Virus record (IMG/VR): IMGVR_UViG_3300017589_000088
Location: 1 to 38,968 of that record
Source of the DNA: a virus
Taxonomy: Duplodnaviria > Caudoviricetes
Length of the DNA stretch: 38,968 nt
Strand: one strand, 5' to 3'
The translations under genes and the position numbers were made by a program. Shown here in pieces: positions 26,471-36,815 of this stretch (within the stretch, counting starts at the first letter, position 1; every line of letters begins with the position of its first letter). The notes under the pieces are model-generated. The model searched no databases. It was given only the letters and a program-made list of their open reading frames with translations, and was not told the DNA's origin.

Positions 26471-26488
26471 AAATTAGGGGGAAATATT

Positions 26489-26827
26489 ATGTATAATTTA
26501 CCTGAACCACGTCCGATGGGACGCAAAGAACGACGATCTTTTAGGGATGCAGGGATAGACCCTGCTTTTCAAAATAGAAAAACAGATAAGGAAAAGCTAA
26601 CAGCAGTTGAACTTGATGAAAAAATAACAGATTTTATTATTGATGAAGTTTATAAAATAGGTGAAGAAACCCAAGAAACTCCTTGGTCCGAATTAACAAA
26701 GCTAGCCAATGCCACATACGGCCTAACTTACGGAATGGTAGAAGATATAAAAAACTCCGAAGCGTCTGGGACTGGTACAGCAACGGACGCGCAGACTACT
26801 GCAGAACCTGCCGAAGTGCAAAACTAA
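26489..26827 (+). CDS. Tail assembly chaperone (gpG analog)
   Basis: Between tube and tape measure genes; slippery A AAA AAC at 26749-26755. Confidence 0.8.
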   Translation: MYNLPEPRPMGRKERRSFRDAGIDPAFQNRKTDKEKLTAVELDEKITDFIIDEVYKIGEETQETPWSELTKLANATYGLTYGMVEDIKNSEASGTGTATDAQTTAEPAEVQN

Positions 26828-27075
26828 ATACTAATTGCAAAATATGTGAGGGAAATTGTCCAGCAGTAAATGCTAACAATTTCCCTACATGGGAGTTATG
26901 GCAATTGTGCTATAGGCAGTTTAATTTCAGTATGGATGGTCCAATCAGTTTAAATTATGTGGCCGTGAAGCAGATTGCAGATTTATATGAAATCGAACTA
27001 GCACCAGGGGTAATGGATAAAATTCGCATGCTAGAACAAATGGTACTAGATTCTTGCAAGAAAGGAGGTAAATAG
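26749..27075 (+). CDS. Tail assembly chaperone -1 frameshift extension (gpGT analog)
   Basis: -1 frame KLRSVWDW... stays open to 27075; no RBS of its own; W.LW...Q....G..SLNY pattern. Confidence 0.8.
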   Translation, partial: KKLRSVWDWYSNGRADYCRTCRSAKLNTNCKICEGNCPAVNANNFPTWELWQLCYRQFNFSMDGPISLNYVAVKQIADLYEIELAPGVMDKIRMLEQMVLDSCKKGGK

Positions 27076-30000
27076 ATGGCAGGTAATACAACCTCTCTAG
27101 TAATACAAGCAGTCGATCAGGCCTCGGGGGTTTTCAAGCAGATCGGCGGTAGTTCTACACAAATGGGACAATCATTAACTAGTGCAATGGCTGATTCAGC
27201 AAAAGGAATTGGTCAAACACAGGCACATATTGATGGCCTTGGTACTAGCATTATGGACCTTGCTGGGAAGATGAAAGGTGTCATAGGTGCAGGACTAGTT
27301 ACTGGTATAGGCGTTGGATTTATATCATCGGCAAAAGATATGGCACTTGCCGTATATGACTTAAGGCGTGCCCTTGGTGGCACTGCCACGGATGCGTCTG
27401 TAATGATGAGCATTGGGAAATATGCCGGAATATCTACCGAAGAAGCCACTGGTTATTTTACTAAATTCGGTAAAAAACTATCTGATGTTCGTGATGATAT
27501 GAAAAAAGCCGATGCGCAGGGCACTCAATCAAATGATATTTTATCGAGGATGGGAATCACTCTTCAACAACTTGATGGTAAAAGTGTATCAGAAGTTTTC
27601 GGTATCGTGTCAGAAAAATTTAAAGGTTTAACAGATGCATCTGAAAGAAGTAAAGTCGCTTTAGAATTATTCGGCAAAAGTGGTGGCAAAGTTGCTGAAA
27701 TGATGGGACTTACTGGCACGCAGTTAGACGCGATTAAGCAAAAAGCCGAAGCTTTAGGACTTGATGATAAAACAGTTGATGGGTGGAAAAATCTCAGTCG
27801 AGAAATGAACGTGGTAACAGGTGTAGGCGGAAAGTTAGTACAGCAAATAGGTAATGATATGTTGCCTGCCCTGCAAAGTAAAATATCAGCGTTGAAAGAA
27901 ATCACAAGTAGTTACGGTACGTTAAATCCTCAAATTAAATCAGCTGCAGGAACAATCGTTGAAATTACAGGCGCAATGGCATTTTTCAGAATTGCCGTCA
28001 CTGGCGTAACAGCGATCACTGGCGTATTAACAGGTGCCGTTACATCTGTTACTGCTGGGTACAATGCACAAGTTGCCGCTGCTGAGAGGGCAGCGTTCAT
28101 TCAGCAAACGGCCGCAAGAGTAACTGTGATGAGTACCGAAAATTTATCAGCAAACATATTAGGTGTTCGCAATAGTTATGCAGCGGTAGGTTTATCTGCA
28201 GCACGAGCAGGAGAATTGCAATTAGCAGCTGCACAAGCCGCATCTGTTGGAAATATTAAACTTGCAGAATCTATTATGGCTACAGCCGCCGCGGAAGTAG
28301 CCGCTGCCGAAGCTGCAATAGTAGCATCAAGTACAATGGTAGGTGCTACAGAACGAGCCGCGATTGGCGTTAGAACATTAGGATCATCACTATTAACTCT
28401 CGCTGGTGGGTGGATTGGGGTAGGTATTGCCACGATATATGCCACTAGTTGTTTGATTGACTATTTTAAAAACAAAGGACGTGTTGATAGTTATAACCCT
28501 AAAGCCGAAGTACGGGATGATCCTGATAGATTAGGAAAACACCTTAAAGGTAAAACTATTGAGGGGCAGTGGGTAAATACTCCTGATAGCGAATTTGGCG
28601 GGTATTATATGCCAGAACATACAGAGAACGTACAGATGTCGGACGCAGAAGAGGAAAGACATAATGCTGATGCAGAACGAAAAAGAAAGATTCAAGAAGA
28701 TATTGATAATGGAGTAACACCAACGGCACCAGATGTTGATCCGAATTTATTACGCCCAGAATCGATAATAGATACTGCAGGAAAAAAAGCTGACCAAGAG
28801 GCAAAACGCCTAGCTGAAAAGTTGGAAAAATCGCAAGATAAATACACTCAAATGATTGACGGTTTAAATGAAAAAATTATCAGCGAAACAGGTACTGTAT
28901 TTCAGACCAATTCTGCAAAAACACTTAAAGAAGTGAATAAAATGAATATTGATTTGCGTGAAATGGTAGAAGCAGGAGTACCAGAGGATGATATTTTAAA
29001 AGCTCAAGAAAAAATTAAAAAATACCAAGAACTAATGAATAATAAATATGACCGTGAGCGATCTTGGACAAAACTTGAACTTCAAAACAACACTGGAATT
29101 ATAAGCGAAAATACCAGCAATGATGAGCGTATGGTAGCTGAATGGGTAAAAAACAAATCGTATACTGAAGCAAGTAAAGCAAGTTTAGATGAATATAAAG
29201 CAATAGGTGGCGATGATTATAAAGAAAATGGTGATAAGGAAGCTGATAAAAAAGCTAGGGCATTAGTCGCTGACTCACTGACCGCCAAGGAGGCTGCAGC
29301 CGACAAAGTGTATCTTGAAACAATTCGAGATATAAACCTTAAAGAAATAAATCAGCAAATACAGAAAAATGAGATGTTGATTACGCTTGAAGGTAAAACA
29401 CAGGCTGAGATTGACGCGCTCAATCGAACTGAATTACAGTCGAAAATCGCTTATCTCAATGCAGAAACCATAAAGGCTGGTACTAATAAAGATAAAATAA
29501 TACAACTCAAACAGGAAGAAGTATCTGCGATTCAACAACTACAACAAATATCTGGCCGCAATATTGAAACCGCCAGCACCGAGGCTATGCGTCGAATAAA
29601 GGCGCAGACTTTTGATTACGCTGATGCAATAGTACAAACCTATAATGCTATTGGTACTAGTATCACAGGGCATTTGACCGGAATCCTCAATCGAACCGAA
29701 TCATTCAGTTCAGGATTTAAAAGTGTGTTTTCTAATATGATCGCAGATGTTGAAAACATGATGATGAAAATGTGGGCTCAGAAAGCAATCATGGGGCCAC
29801 TAGAGCAATGGTTTGGAAGTATACTTGGAACGAATGTTGCAAATACCGGACAATTTACAAATAGTAGCGGACAAGTTTTATCTGGGCCAGTAAAGCCAAA
29901 TGGGAAATTTGCTAAAGGTGGATCATATCAAGGCGGCCTAGCCCTAGTCGGTGAAGAAGGCCCCGAGTTGATTAATTTCGCAAATCCAGGACGGGTGTAC

Positions 30001-30219
30001 ACTGCTGGCCAAACTAAAAATATATTGTCGGGCGGCAGTAACCAACAACAGCCACAGATAACTGTTAATGTAATAAACAATACTGATACTAAGGTCAAGG
30101 TATCGCAGAAGGCTACCTTTGATAGTGATACACAAACTACCTTTGTCATTATGATGATTGACGCGCTAGAACGCAATGTGGGCGGAATTGGTGATGTTGT
30201 ATATGGGGGTGCTGGTTAA
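27076..30219 (+). CDS. Tape measure protein
   Basis: 1047 aa Ala-rich helical protein; I.AVD.AS N-terminus; FAKGG...LVGEEGPEL C-terminus. Confidence 0.93.
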   Translation: MAGNTTSLVIQAVDQASGVFKQIGGSSTQMGQSLTSAMADSAKGIGQTQAHIDGLGTSIMDLAGKMKGVIGAGLVTGIGVGFISSAKDMALAVYDLRRALGGTATDASVMMSIGKYAGISTEEATGYFTKFGKKLSDVRDDMKKADAQGTQSNDILSRMGITLQQLDGKSVSEVFGIVSEKFKGLTDASERSKVALELFGKSGGKVAEMMGLTGTQLDAIKQKAEALGLDDKTVDGWKNLSREMNVVTGVGGKLVQQIGNDMLPALQSKISALKEITSSYGTLNPQIKSAAGTIVEITGAMAFFRIAVTGVTAITGVLTGAVTSVTAGYNAQVAAAERAAFIQQTAARVTVMSTENLSANILGVRNSYAAVGLSAARAGELQLAAAQAASVGNIKLAESIMATAAAEVAAAEAAIVASSTMVGATERAAIGVRTLGSSLLTLAGGWIGVGIATIYATSCLIDYFKNKGRVDSYNPKAEVRDDPDRLGKHLKGKTIEGQWVNTPDSEFGGYYMPEHTENVQMSDAEEERHNADAERKRKIQEDIDNGVTPTAPDVDPNLLRPESIIDTAGKKADQEAKRLAEKLEKSQDKYTQMIDGLNEKIISETGTVFQTNSAKTLKEVNKMNIDLREMVEAGVPEDDILKAQEKIKKYQELMNNKYDRERSWTKLELQNNTGIISENTSNDERMVAEWVKNKSYTEASKASLDEYKAIGGDDYKENGDKEADKKARALVADSLTAKEAAADKVYLETIRDINLKEINQQIQKNEMLITLEGKTQAEIDALNRTELQSKIAYLNAETIKAGTNKDKIIQLKQEEVSAIQQLQQISGRNIETASTEAMRRIKAQTFDYADAIVQTYNAIGTSITGHLTGILNRTESFSSGFKSVFSNMIADVENMMMKMWAQKAIMGPLEQWFGSILGTNVANTGQFTNSSGQVLSGPVKPNGKFAKGGSYQGGLALVGEEGPELINFANPGRVYTAGQTKNILSGGSNQQQPQITVNVINNTDTKVKVSQKATFDSDTQTTFVIMMIDALERNVGGIGDVVYGGAG

Positions 30220-30557
30220 TGCTCATATTTCCCGATATTGGATTTCCATCATTCGGCTTTAATGAGGATTATGCTGACGATACAATAGTCAGTAAGTCCG
30301 ACGGAGGATATAAAGCAACTAGACCTAGAAATACACGTGATATTGGATTGTGGGTTGTCCCTTATAAATCATTAAAAACCGATAAGTATTTAATGTTAAT
30401 GAATTTCTACCGCAACGATGCTAGAAAATGCGCTGAAATGTTTCAGTGGACGCATCCGGAATTCGGCACTATTCATACGGTTAGATTTACCGCCAAGCCT
30501 CCATTCACGCGCACGGAATACGGTTGGGATGGACAGTACACAGTAGAGGAGGTTTAA
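30219..30557 (+). CDS. Minor/distal tail protein (gpM-like)
   Basis: F.W.HP...VRF motif; follows tape measure. Confidence 0.7.
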   Translation: MLIFPDIGFPSFGFNEDYADDTIVSKSDGGYKATRPRNTRDIGLWVVPYKSLKTDKYLMLMNFYRNDARKCAEMFQWTHPEFGTIHTVRFTAKPPFTRTEYGWDGQYTVEEV

Positions 30558-30558
30558 T

Positions 30559-31200
30559 ATGCCGTTACCATTTTCAGTAGCAGGATTGATCGAAAAGAAT
30601 AAATTGAGCAATGATAAGCCTTGGCTTTTATTGTTAGAACTAAACCTTCCTGACGGTACTGCCATCCATATTGTAAGAAACAATGAAAATATCCCTTGGA
30701 ATGATATAGATTGGATTGCGTTTCCTTTTGATACGACCGATAAAACCGAGGATATGAAGTCATTGCCCGTTTTCAATATACAGGTATCGAATGTGGCTAG
30801 AATAATGCAGTCATATCTTGAGGAGTATGACGGATTGACTGACTGCCTAGTTACTATTAGGCTAATCCATGCCGCGCATTTGGACAACTTGATACCAGAG
30901 ATCGAAGAGACGTTCAAAGTCCAGGAAACTGATTATGACGAAGAGTGGGTTAAATTTGCGTTAGGTGCGGAGTTCTGGTTTTTCTATCGTGCCTTGGCTG
31001 ACCGATATTTGAAGGACTGGTGCAATGTTAAATATGGCGGTATTAAATGCGGCGTGAATGCTGCTTGCTTAGCACAGTATCCCACATGCACGCACGTTCT
31101 GACAGGCTGCCTTGTACGTATGAGCGCATCAGGAATTACAAAAATACGGTTTGGTGGAGAGCCTGCACTGCCAGGAGGTATATATGCATCGAATAGCTAA
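30559..31200 (+). CDS. Minor tail protein (gpL/DUF1833-like)
   Basis: AFPF, VSNV, C-terminal Cys cluster (C...YGG.KCG...C....GC...FGG.P). Confidence 0.8.
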   Translation: MPLPFSVAGLIEKNKLSNDKPWLLLLELNLPDGTAIHIVRNNENIPWNDIDWIAFPFDTTDKTEDMKSLPVFNIQVSNVARIMQSYLEEYDGLTDCLVTIRLIHAAHLDNLIPEIEETFKVQETDYDEEWVKFALGAEFWFFYRALADRYLKDWCNVKYGGIKCGVNAACLAQYPTCTHVLTGCLVRMSASGITKIRFGGEPALPGGIYASNS

Positions 31201-31576
31201 TCTAATTGGCAAGGAATTTAAAGATGGTGGGCGTGGACCTGATGAATACGACTGTTGGGGGTTGGTGTCCGAAGTATTTCACCGTTTCGGTGTCTCGGTG
31301 CCAGATTATAAAATATCTTGCGAAGCAAAAACCGAGATCAACGGCCAGATAAATTTAGAACGTAAAAAATGGGAGCGGTGCACTGGGGAGATACCAGTAC
31401 CTGCTCTCGTTGTTTTTACGGAGAATGGTATTTGTAATCATACGGGTATTCATATTGGTAATAGACAATTTATCCACGCGCGGGAACGTACCGGGGTGGC
31501 AATCGAAAGTATGGATAGCGTAATTTGGAAAAAACGGATTGAAGGGGTTTATGTACCGGGGTGGGGACATGATTAA
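31184..31576 (+). CDS. NlpC/P60 (C40) tail peptidase, gpK-like
   Basis: GRGP..YDCWGLV...HTGI.IG...FIHA. Confidence 0.9.
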   Translation: MHRIANLIGKEFKDGGRGPDEYDCWGLVSEVFHRFGVSVPDYKISCEAKTEINGQINLERKKWERCTGEIPVPALVVFTENGICNHTGIHIGNRQFIHARERTGVAIESMDSVIWKKRIEGVYVPGWGHD

Positions 31577-34500
31577 CGTTATTTTTGTTAAAAATCCATT
31601 CGATACAGAAAAAAAGGAAATATATGAGGTTGATTACAAGGTTGGTACCACTGTAGAAGAGTATACTGAAATATATACTGCGTATTACCCCGAGACTGAA
31701 TTCCATATCAGCATCAATGGGCACACGTTAGAGAAATACGAAGTCGTTTTAATATGTCCTGCCAACGGTGATCAAATTGTAATCATGCCTGTCGTCGGGA
31801 AAAATATCGGGTCGTTATTAGGCAGTATTGCCATGATGGCATTAAGTGTTTATGTTGGCGGTTCCAATTTTTTACCGAACCTGCATGGCTTTGTAGGTGC
31901 ATTAGCCAAAGGCGCCACTATGTATATTGGTGGCCGCATTATAAATGCAATCCTGCCGCCGCCAAAACAAACGACCTCAACAGTATCACCGACTTACGGA
32001 TGGAATGGGGCAAAACCAATTGCTGCTACAGGTACGCCAATCGGTAAAACATTTGGCAAAGTAATGCCTGCACCTGTTGTATTGGCCCGTCATATCACGA
32101 CCGATGGAGATAAGCAGTATCTTAATATTCTATACGGCGGGGGCGAAGGACCAATTGATTCTGTTACCGATATAACCATTGACGGCAATCCAATTGCAAA
32201 CTATAAAGGCGTGCAAGTCGATATTCGTCTAGGTACAAATGACCAGGAGCCAATTTCAAATTTTAGTGATACTTTTGCCGATCAATCGCTAAGTTACGAA
32301 TTGCAAGAGTATGGTGAATGGGTAGCTAGTACAAGGGATACAGAGGTACAATCAGGTACTTCTAAAAAGTACGCAGTTGATGCACATATAGAAGTTGGCG
32401 ACGATACTTATGCATGCGTCACATCAGGCACGGCCGGTTATGTAACTCCAGCATGGAGCCATTCTGGTAATATAGTTGATGGAACTGTAGTATGGGTATA
32501 CTCTGGTAGCAAATGGGCAACACAGCAGACCGAGGGGAACGCAGGCCAAGGCTTGGAAATAACACTAGAATTACCCTATGGGCTATATCATACAAAAGAC
32601 AATGGCAGTCTTCAGAATGCGACAGTAAAAATTAAAGCTCAGTATCGAAAGGTAGACGATATAGCTTGGACAGATTGGATATTAGCTAAGGATGGTGCCA
32701 TTACAGCTGCTAAAAATACAGCAGTACGCAGGGTTTTCCGTATGGATAAACTTGACGCTGCTCGGTATGAAGTACGCTGTCAGTGCTATTACAAGTCGGG
32801 CACAAGCACCCGTTACAGCACTCGGGTTTCATGGTCGATGCTGTCTCATATTTTATATAATGATTTTGCCAGGCCGAACAAAGTGCTGGTGGGCATAAAA
32901 GCCCTGGCTACCGATCAGTTAAGCAATACCGATCCTGATGTGGGGTGGATAAACACCAGAGCAAACGGAAACGTATGGAATCCAGCAACAGGACAGTACG
33001 AGTTAAAGCCAGTAACAAATCCTTACTGGGGATGTTATGATTTAATACATAATTGTAAATATCTTAAAAACATTAATACAGGCCTGTATGAGTATTTAGT
33101 CGAAGGTAACCCCGTTAACCGAATTGACTATCCATCTTTTTTAGAAAATGCTACATATAGTGCCGAACTGGATAGCGACGGAGATCCACGATTCGAACTA
33201 AATATATATATCGACACTGAAATAAGCTTTCAAGACGCTTTAGCCCGGATGGCTGTTGTTGGCCGTGGTGTAATCGTTCCGAAGGGTACTAAGTATAGCT
33301 GTATTTGTGATAAGCCAGCCATACCTACCCAATTATTCACCATGGGGAACATTACCGAGAAATCTCTAAAAGGTAAATTTCAATCAATTAAGGATCGATC
33401 TCAATGCATTGAGGTCGATTTTTTCAATGAAGCGAAAGATTATAAACAAGATTTGGCGATGTATTTTGGCGATGAGTGGAATACAACCTCACAAGTGGCT
33501 AATCCAACGAAAGTTACGCGCTATGGAATAACCAAATATAAATATGCTTACAAAGAGGCTGTATTTTTGCATAAAGGGAATAAGTACCTTAAACGTACCG
33601 AGAACTGGGAGGCTGACATTGACGCTATCGCCTGTAGGCCTGGTGATGTGGTATTACTACAACATAACGTACCGAAGTGGGGAGCAGCTGGTGGCCGTAT
33701 TGTGGGAGCGACAGAAAATACGGTTACACTCGATCAGGAAGTTACGCTGTTACCGGGCAAAATATATGCAGTAGAAATTAGATTAAAAACAGATAGTCGG
33801 GTAAATAAAACAATGGTATCTGTTAGCCAGGAAACAATCACCGATACGTTAACGCTGACAACCTCTTTTGCCGTAGTACCTGAGAGGTATGATGTGTTTG
33901 CATTTGGCGAGGCGAATAAGGTAACTAAGCCCTTCAAAGTTATTAATATTGTAAAATCTAAAGACCAGCGATGTAAGTTATCAGGCGCGGAGTACGTTGA
34001 GGCAATGTATTCTGACTCGATTGATATACCAGCCATTGACTACACTGATTACGACAAAACATTACCAGAAGTTTTAAAATTAAGTCTTGGTCAAGAAACA
34101 TATATGCAAAAAGATGGTGCGGTAGTTTCGCTAATTCATTGTTCGTGGATGTTGCCACGCGATAAAAAAATAAATAAAGTTGTAGTTTTGTACAGTAATG
34201 ATGATGGTCTTACATGGATAAGTTGGGATAATACGCTCGATAACTACTCTACTATTACAGGATTAAAAGCATTGGAAACGTATTTGGTAAAAGTTTGCAC
34301 AGTTAACGAACTGGGAATAACATCACCAGGTGTTGTATCGGAGCCTGTATATATCACTGGTAAAGATCAACCACCATCCGACGTTACCATGTTTACTGCT
34401 ACCCAAGATGTAAACGATCAAACAAAAATTATTTTATCTTGGATACCAGTATCTGATGCTGACTTAAAACAATATGAAATTCGTATCGGAGGTACAAGTT

Positions 34501-34877
34501 GGGATACTGCTGACTTGGTAACTTCATCAGCAGTAGGCGATAAATACGTCTTTACACAGCTTTTGAGCGGAGTTAAATTGGATTTTTGGATTAAAGCTGT
34601 AGATTTTAGTTTCAATCCGTCTAGTGAAGCAGAGTTCGCAAGTATTACGCCAATAATTGCAACTTTTACGCAACAAATGCAGAGTAGTTTTGGGAGCTAC
34701 CAACAACTGGCCTCAGCTACAATCTGGACAATTAATCATAATCTTGACAGGCACCCATCTGTTACAGTTGTAGATAGTGGTGGGACAGTAGTAATCGGCA
34801 ATGTGAATTACGTTACAAACAATACACTAACAATTACGTTTACTGCTGCATTTAGTGGGAAGGCTTATCTAAATTAA
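31569..34877 (+). CDS. Tail tip/host specificity protein (gpI-gpJ-like fusion) with FN3-like domains
   Basis: N-terminal ubiquitin-like part + TM-like stretch, GEGPI, NP.W..YDL, LFTMGNI, PGDVV, GKD.PP.DV. Confidence 0.9.
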   Translation: MINVIFVKNPFDTEKKEIYEVDYKVGTTVEEYTEIYTAYYPETEFHISINGHTLEKYEVVLICPANGDQIVIMPVVGKNIGSLLGSIAMMALSVYVGGSNFLPNLHGFVGALAKGATMYIGGRIINAILPPPKQTTSTVSPTYGWNGAKPIAATGTPIGKTFGKVMPAPVVLARHITTDGDKQYLNILYGGGEGPIDSVTDITIDGNPIANYKGVQVDIRLGTNDQEPISNFSDTFADQSLSYELQEYGEWVASTRDTEVQSGTSKKYAVDAHIEVGDDTYACVTSGTAGYVTPAWSHSGNIVDGTVVWVYSGSKWATQQTEGNAGQGLEITLELPYGLYHTKDNGSLQNATVKIKAQYRKVDDIAWTDWILAKDGAITAAKNTAVRRVFRMDKLDAARYEVRCQCYYKSGTSTRYSTRVSWSMLSHILYNDFARPNKVLVGIKALATDQLSNTDPDVGWINTRANGNVWNPATGQYELKPVTNPYWGCYDLIHNCKYLKNINTGLYEYLVEGNPVNRIDYPSFLENATYSAELDSDGDPRFELNIYIDTEISFQDALARMAVVGRGVIVPKGTKYSCICDKPAIPTQLFTMGNITEKSLKGKFQSIKDRSQCIEVDFFNEAKDYKQDLAMYFGDEWNTTSQVANPTKVTRYGITKYKYAYKEAVFLHKGNKYLKRTENWEADIDAIACRPGDVVLLQHNVPKWGAAGGRIVGATENTVTLDQEVTLLPGKIYAVEIRLKTDSRVNKTMVSVSQETITDTLTLTTSFAVVPERYDVFAFGEANKVTKPFKVINIVKSKDQRCKLSGAEYVEAMYSDSIDIPAIDYTDYDKTLPEVLKLSLGQETYMQKDGAVVSLIHCSWMLPRDKKINKVVVLYSNDDGLTWISWDNTLDNYSTITGLKALETYLVKVCTVNELGITSPGVVSEPVYITGKDQPPSDVTMFTATQDVNDQTKIILSWIPVSDADLKQYEIRIGGTSWDTADLVTSSAVGDKYVFTQLLSGVKLDFWIKAVDFSFNPSSEAEFASITPIIATFTQQMQSSFGSYQQLASATIWTINHNLDRHPSVTVVDSGGTVVIGNVNYVTNNTLTITFTAAFSGKAYLN

Positions 34878-34901
34878 AAAATAAAAAAAAGGGGAAATAA
34901 C

Positions 34902-36815
34902 ATGGATTTTTTAACAAATATAAACCTAAATAAAAATGAATTACAAAATGCAAAGATTCAAAACCTGGCTGTTGCTCCAGCTAATCCAACAGAGGGTATA
35001 ATTTATACGAATACTGTTGATCATGTTACTTATATTTACCTTGGTGGAGCTTGGGTAGATATAACAAAACGAGGGACTGTTACTAATGTTACTGGTGTTT
35101 TGCCCCTTTATGTTTCTAATGGGAACGTTGCTCCTTTTATAGGAATTTATCCTGCAAGTGCTTCTTCCGTAGGATCAATGTCTGTTGATCATTTTGAATT
35201 AGTTGAAAATGCAACGTCTGATAATACTGTGTTAGCTATTGTAAAGAGAGATTCTTACGGAAATTTTAGTGCAGGAACAATTACTGCAAATCTACTTGGT
35301 CTTGCTAGTAATTCTTCTAAACTTGACGGAATCTCGTCTGGTGAATTTGTTAAAAATGCAATAGCAGGAACTATTACTGCAAAACATACCTTTGCTCCTG
35401 CAAGTACTACAGCCCCATTCCTTTTAGGGACTAATGCACAAGGTCAATTAGTAACAGGTTTGAATGCAGAAAAAGTTGGTGGTCAAACACTTTCTGGTTT
35501 AGCACAATTAAGCGGAGCAAATACTTTTTCTGGTGCAAACACATTTAATGCTGATGTGAACATGAATAGTCATAAAATTAGCAATATATCAGACCCTATT
35601 CTTGCACAAGATGCTGTTACTAAGGCTTATGCAGATGGGCTAAGGTCTGGATTATCCCTTAAAAATCCTGTTCGTGTCGCTACCTCTACTGCATTACCAA
35701 CTTGCGTTGTCTCAGGGTTAACTTTGACTGCAAGTACTGTTGGAGTGTTGACTGTAGATGGTGTTGCCGTAGTATTAAATGATCGTATCTTGGTAAAAGA
35801 TCAAGTAGCTGGCAAGGATAATGGCTGGTATTATGTTTCACAACTTGGAACAGCTTCAGTTGTTTGGATTTTAACAAGAGCTTCTGATGCTGATAATACA
35901 CCAAATAACGAGGTATACGATGGTTGTTATTCTTTTGTTAGCGAAGGGACTATAAACGCAAATAGTAGATATGTTTTAAGTACAAATGGCACTATTGTTT
36001 TAGGAACTACAGCGTTGTCTTTCGTAAAAGATTTTGCCATGGCAGACATAATTGCAGGAACAGGTTTAACTAAAACAGGTAATACTATAGACGTTATTGG
36101 CACAGCTAATCGCATTGTTGCAAACACTGATAGCATTGATATTGCGTCAACTTATGTTGGACAAAGTTCAATTACAACAGTAGGAGCAATTACTAGTGGT
36201 GCTTGGTGCGGTGGTGTTGTTGGAGTACTCTATGGGGGTACAGGTGCTAACAATGCTACTATGGCTAGAGGAAACTTAGGTCTAGGCACAATAGCAACTC
36301 ATAATTCAACTGCTGTTGCTATTACAGGTGGAACGATCACTGGTTGTACAATTACTGGAAATATTTCTGGAACGTCTACTGGAGTAACTAGTATTATTCC
36401 AATAGCCAATGGTGGAACAGGTGCTTCTGATAAACTTTCTGCTAGAATAAGTTTAGGTTGTGGAGATATGGCTTCCCAAGATAATGATAGTGTTAATATT
36501 GCTGGCGGTACTATAGTTGGAATTACAGACATAACTGTTGCTGATGGTGGTACAGGTGCTAGTACTGCTCTTGGTGCTAGAACTAATTTAGGTGCTACTG
36601 GTAAATATTCAGTTGATGTAGGTAATGGTTCATTGACTAGCATTGACGTTGTTCATAGTCTTAATAATTTAGACGTAATTGTGTTGTTAAAAGACAAATT
36701 ATCTCCTGCTAATATTATTGGTACAGATATTCAAATAAAAGATGTTAATACAATTACTCTCTTATTTGCAGTAGCCCCCACAGCAAATCAGTATAGATGT
36801 GTGGTGATTGGATAA
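34902..36815 (+). CDS. Tail fibre protein
   Basis: DAVTKAYAD, VRVAT...DRILVKDQ....DNG.Y, repeated GGTGA....AR.NLG. Confidence 0.8.
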   Translation: MDFLTNINLNKNELQNAKIQNLAVAPANPTEGIIYTNTVDHVTYIYLGGAWVDITKRGTVTNVTGVLPLYVSNGNVAPFIGIYPASASSVGSMSVDHFELVENATSDNTVLAIVKRDSYGNFSAGTITANLLGLASNSSKLDGISSGEFVKNAIAGTITAKHTFAPASTTAPFLLGTNAQGQLVTGLNAEKVGGQTLSGLAQLSGANTFSGANTFNADVNMNSHKISNISDPILAQDAVTKAYADGLRSGLSLKNPVRVATSTALPTCVVSGLTLTASTVGVLTVDGVAVVLNDRILVKDQVAGKDNGWYYVSQLGTASVVWILTRASDADNTPNNEVYDGCYSFVSEGTINANSRYVLSTNGTIVLGTTALSFVKDFAMADIIAGTGLTKTGNTIDVIGTANRIVANTDSIDIASTYVGQSSITTVGAITSGAWCGGVVGVLYGGTGANNATMARGNLGLGTIATHNSTAVAITGGTITGCTITGNISGTSTGVTSIIPIANGGTGASDKLSARISLGCGDMASQDNDSVNIAGGTIVGITDITVADGGTGASTALGARTNLGATGKYSVDVGNGSLTSIDVVHSLNNLDVIVLLKDKLSPANIIGTDIQIKDVNTITLLFAVAPTANQYRCVVIG

